From Girardia tigrina (lineage: Eukaryota), in assembly GCA_001938485.1 (NCBI GenBank), contig MQRK01254460.1, positions 1 to 55,087 of the forward strand: 55,087 nt of DNA, given 5' to 3'. The first letter of the stretch is position 1; each line of letters starts with the position of its first letter. The position numbers and the translations under genes were made by a program. Shown here in pieces: positions 51,371 to 55,087 of this stretch. The notes beneath the pieces are model-generated. The model was given only the letters and a program-made list of their open reading frames with translations. It searched no databases and was not told where the DNA came from.

Positions 51371-53665
51371 TCCCCCCGTTTTTGAAATTTTTGAATTTTT
51401 CCACATGCCTTATTATTTGTTTATCATTTTCATCTTTGAGTCTATAACTCCTTTCATGAATATGTTCAATAATTTCGTAAGGTCCTTCAAATCTGTCGTC
51501 GCCTTTCTTTCTTATTTCTTTCATAATACAAACCGTATCACCCACTTTGTAAGTTGCTCGGGTTCCTGTTTACACCGGCGTGTTCTTCTCTTTTATCTTT
51601 TGTCTTAAATTCTCTCGGTTCGTTTTACTGTCACTGTACCATTGTTGTCTGACTATTTTCTTCCCAAATACTACTTCTGCTGGACTACACCCTATCGTTT
51701 TCTGTTTTGTAGCGTTTATTGCAAATTTTACTTCTGGCAATATATCTGCCCAACTCATGAAGTTTCTCTCTTTAAGGCTTGCTTGGTTGAACTCCCGAAT
51801 AGTTCGGAATTGCCTCTCAATTATCCCATTGGTATTATGGTGGTACGGACTTGAAAAGATTAGTTTAATCCCAATTGCCTCCAACATTTCTTTAACTCTT
51901 TTCGATTCAAAACTTTTACCACAATCGAAATTTATCTCTTTTGGTGCACCGAATTTTAGCATCCACTTTTGTAATATGGTTTGTATAATCCTTTCTTCGT
52001 CCTGTATTTTAAAAGCTGTCAAGGTTATATATTTGCTGAAATGTTCTATAATTCCGAAAATGTACCTCTCTCTTCTTATTGTTTCGTTCCACGGTCCACA
52101 AATGTCTATGTATATCTTTTCGAACATTTCTGCAGCTGTTATCTTTACATTTTCTTCCTTTGATTTTGNNGTTTTTGTCTTCGTTTGTTGGCATTCTATA
52201 CATGACTCCACTACCTCCTTTACTGTTTTCCTTTCTTTTTCCATATCGAATTTGTCTCTCAGGCTTTCGTATACCTTTTCGGTCCCTGCGTGGCATAATA
52301 ATCTGTGTGTTTGAATAATTAGCTCACTCCGTTTTTTCTTTAGGTACCCATTCTTTCTGTCCTGCTCTTTCTTGAGTTCTTGTAGTTACCGCTAATAGCC
52401 TAGTCTTGTTTTTACCCTTTTTCGCTTCTTCGTGTTCCATTTGACACTGAGTACACGTTTCGCAATTTTGCCTAGATAACATTTGCCTGCTTAAATAGTT
52501 CATCCATGTTTGGAACTGAGCAGTTAACGATTTTTTTGTTTGAAATATGAAAGTAATCGCTTTATGGTCTGTTCGTAATTTAAACTTCTTTCCTTACAAA
52601 TAGTGATTGAAATGCTGACAGAAATAAAAAATCGCTAAAAGTTTCTTCCTGGTTATGCAGTACCCTCTTTCATGCGCCGACATTGTGTGTGATCCATATG
52701 CTATAACTTGTTCTCTACCTGAATCGTCTATCTGTGATAATACTGCCCTACGTTGTCGAAGCTGGCATCCGTGTCTAAGTTAAACTGTTTATTAAAGTCC
52801 GGGAAGCTCAATATTGGTGCCAATATTAATGTTTTTTCACATCTTGAAATGCTATTTCGCGCGTGTCTGTCCATACCAGTTGTTCTTTGTTTGACCCGCA
52901 CATTCCTTCTAATACTTTAGTTTTCTTCGCATATCCGGTAATAAATATCCTGTAATAATTGCAGATTCCCAAAAAACTCCTCAAATTCTTTGATCTTTGA
53001 AAATTTTCTATCGCAGCGATTTTTTCTGGATCTGTCTGTATTCCCTTGTGATTAATGATATGTCCTAAAAATTTCACTTCTTGTCTTAATATTTTGCATT
53101 TTGATGGTTTTATCCTCAATCCTGTTTGCCTAATTCTTTCGAAAACTTCTTTGATTACATCGTCTTGCTCATCTTTTGTCTTTGTTGCAATTAATATGTC
53201 ATCTAAGTAAATTGACGCTCCCTTTTTTACGGGTTCCAAAACTTTAGTCATTAATTCATGAAACGTTCCTGGTGCTGCTGCTATGCCGAAAGGCATACGT
53301 TTGAAACAAAATTGCCCTGATTTCGTTGAGAATGCCGTCTTTTCTTGCGACTCCTTGTCTAATTCTACTTTGTAGTACGCATTTCCCAAGTCTATCGTAC
53401 TGAAATATTTGATTACGTGTAACCTATCAATCATCTCTGTTATGTTCGGCATGGGAAATGCTTATCTCTTTGTAATAATGTTTAATTGTCTAAAGTCTCG
53501 GCATTGTCTGATTTCATCATTGTCCTTTTTCCAGACACATACTATCGGCATCTTCCATTGTGAGTTACATGGTCTTATTATTTCATTTGCTTATAGGTTC
53601 TTAATTGCTTCTTCCAATTTACCCTCTAAATGCACCGGCTGTCTTCTTGGTTTTATATTAATTGG
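51345..53665 (-). mobile_element. Gypsy/Ty3 pol (RT, RNase H, integrase), 5'-truncated and frameshifted
   Basis: YFSTIDLGNAYY, KTAFST, RMPFG, YLDDILI, FLGHII, LDTDASF, HHNTNGIIERQFRT, DDRFEGPYEI. Confidence 0.96.
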
Positions 53666-54789
53666 TTAAAAAATTAAAATTGTTATTGAAATAAATTTTT
53701 AGTGTTCATGATAATGTCTTTTGATCAAGAATCCAATAATAGCTATTCAATGAAATTAAAAAAAAATTATTATTAAAGATATATATTTTTTAGTAAATAA
53801 AAAAAGTAATCATTACATTTTTTGAAAATGATATGCACAATTGTTGTGTACCACAACAATTATATGTTTATCGTAAAATAATTGTGCAAAAAATTTTTAT
53901 AAGCCGTTTAATTGTTGAAAATAGATTGAATCAAACTAGAGATCTTTCAATGTTTTACTTTTTCTTTCATTTTTATCTGATAAATCGTTTTGATTTTAAT
54001 GCAGAATTTTTAAATGGATCTGTTTTTAATATAAAATATTGTACAGAGTTTTTTGTAAAAAACCACTGGATTTTATCAAAACATTTGGAATTTTGTTTTA
54101 ATGTTTATAAATAAAAATTTTTGTGAAAATTCGTTTTTTTATTCTTATGTCTATGATTGAGTTTAAGTATCGGATGAATTTGTTTTTTTGTTTCCTTTGC
54201 AATCATTTTAGCAACCATATCACTCGCGCCTATTTTCGATCCATTTTTGGTAGCGCGTCAATGTCAATCCAACGTCGTTGTCGATCATTTATATTAGCCG
54301 AAACATCGGATTTGTTGACCGCGAGTCGATTTCGAGTTTTTGACACCAGACTGATTTTTGCCGAAAGGTTTCCTGGAGCTTGGAGTCAAATGTGTGGAGA
54401 CTTTTATAATTATGTCAATAAACAATTTATCAATTCAAATCCGGCGTTTCAGTCGAGCATCGAACCATCACAACAATAATTATTTTTTAATATGTATTTA
54501 ATTTTTTTAATTAAAAAACTTTGAAGAAAGCAAGTAGTCGATGGGGACCAGATCTGATGAATCAAGATATAGAACTCCCTAAAAGGGGTTGTAGCCTTTT
54601 TCTATTAAACATGATCAAATTCTTTTCCATTTAATACGAGAATTGATTATAACATGAAAGAAATATCAATTTAATATGAAAAATGCTTTTAAAATACAAA
54701 CATTTGCAATTCAGCTTGCCACCAAGGAAGAAGTTTAAATAACTTTGAATAACAATTTTACATTTGTAATCTTTTTTGCATAATAAATT

Positions 54790-55074
54790 CAGATTTTTTC
54801 ATATATAATTTATTTTTTCATATTAAATTGATAATTTTTAATGATAAATTGCTATATTTGTCATATTAAATACAGTATTTTTGATATTAAATTAATATTT
54901 TTTCATATCAAATTGATAATGTTTCATATTAAATACATATTTTTTTCATATTAAATAAAGAATTTTACGTTAATTTGATTTATTTATATTAAATTGATAT
55001 TTGCTTAATTTTAAATACATAATCTTTCATTTTAAATTGAGAAATTTTCATTTTAAAATGAAAATTTTTCATAT
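54790..55074 (+). repeat. Degenerate ~21-bp tandem minisatellite (TTTTTCATATTAAATTGATAA-like)
   Basis: Recurrent ttcatattaaat/ttcattttaaat about every 20-22 bp. Confidence 0.7.
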
Positions 55075-55087
55075 ATTAGGTGTACAA

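Noticed and set aside
51580-52318. Long + strand ORFs (244 aa and others)
   Set aside because: Antisense shadows of the Gypsy integrase; the same applies to 46975-47304 and 49670-49918 opposite Eph exons
54790-55074. CRISPR-like array
   Set aside because: Eukaryotic context, degenerate contiguous units, no unique spacers and no cas genes

Overview
Very AT-rich eukaryotic (metazoan) genomic DNA with assembly gaps; I found no prokaryotic operons, CRISPR arrays or rRNA/tRNA. The backbone is one + strand, multi-exon Eph receptor tyrosine kinase gene. I stitched 11 coding exons from 6373 to 49928 with canonical GT-AG sites and consistent intron phases, giving 2118 nt or 706 codons. The domain order is ligand-binding domain, Cys-rich/EGF-like region, two FN3 domains, an S/T-rich stalk, TM, juxtamembrane YxxPxxYED, and kinase subdomains I-V. 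The N-terminal exons were not found (probably upstream) and the rest of the kinase/SAM probably lies beyond the window. Introns range from 27/51 nt to about 10.8 kb and are filled with mostly decayed transposons: mariner, pogo (one nested in a MITE), IS630/Tc1, MULE, hAT/hATm, Helitron, Gypsy (with an LTR family in 4 copies), BEL/Pao, LINE and Penelope. Best second-look items: (1) Penelope-type minimal hammerhead ribozyme cores; (2) inverted LTR copies bracketing each frame-symmetric FN3 exon pair, a possible exon-skipping or circRNA switch; (3) a stop-containing micro-intron right after the TM, whose retention would give a kinase-less receptor; (4) a GC-richer intronic island with an ERCC1 fragment next to a probable BTB-BACK fragment. 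All calls come from manual translation and motif recognition; no searches were run.
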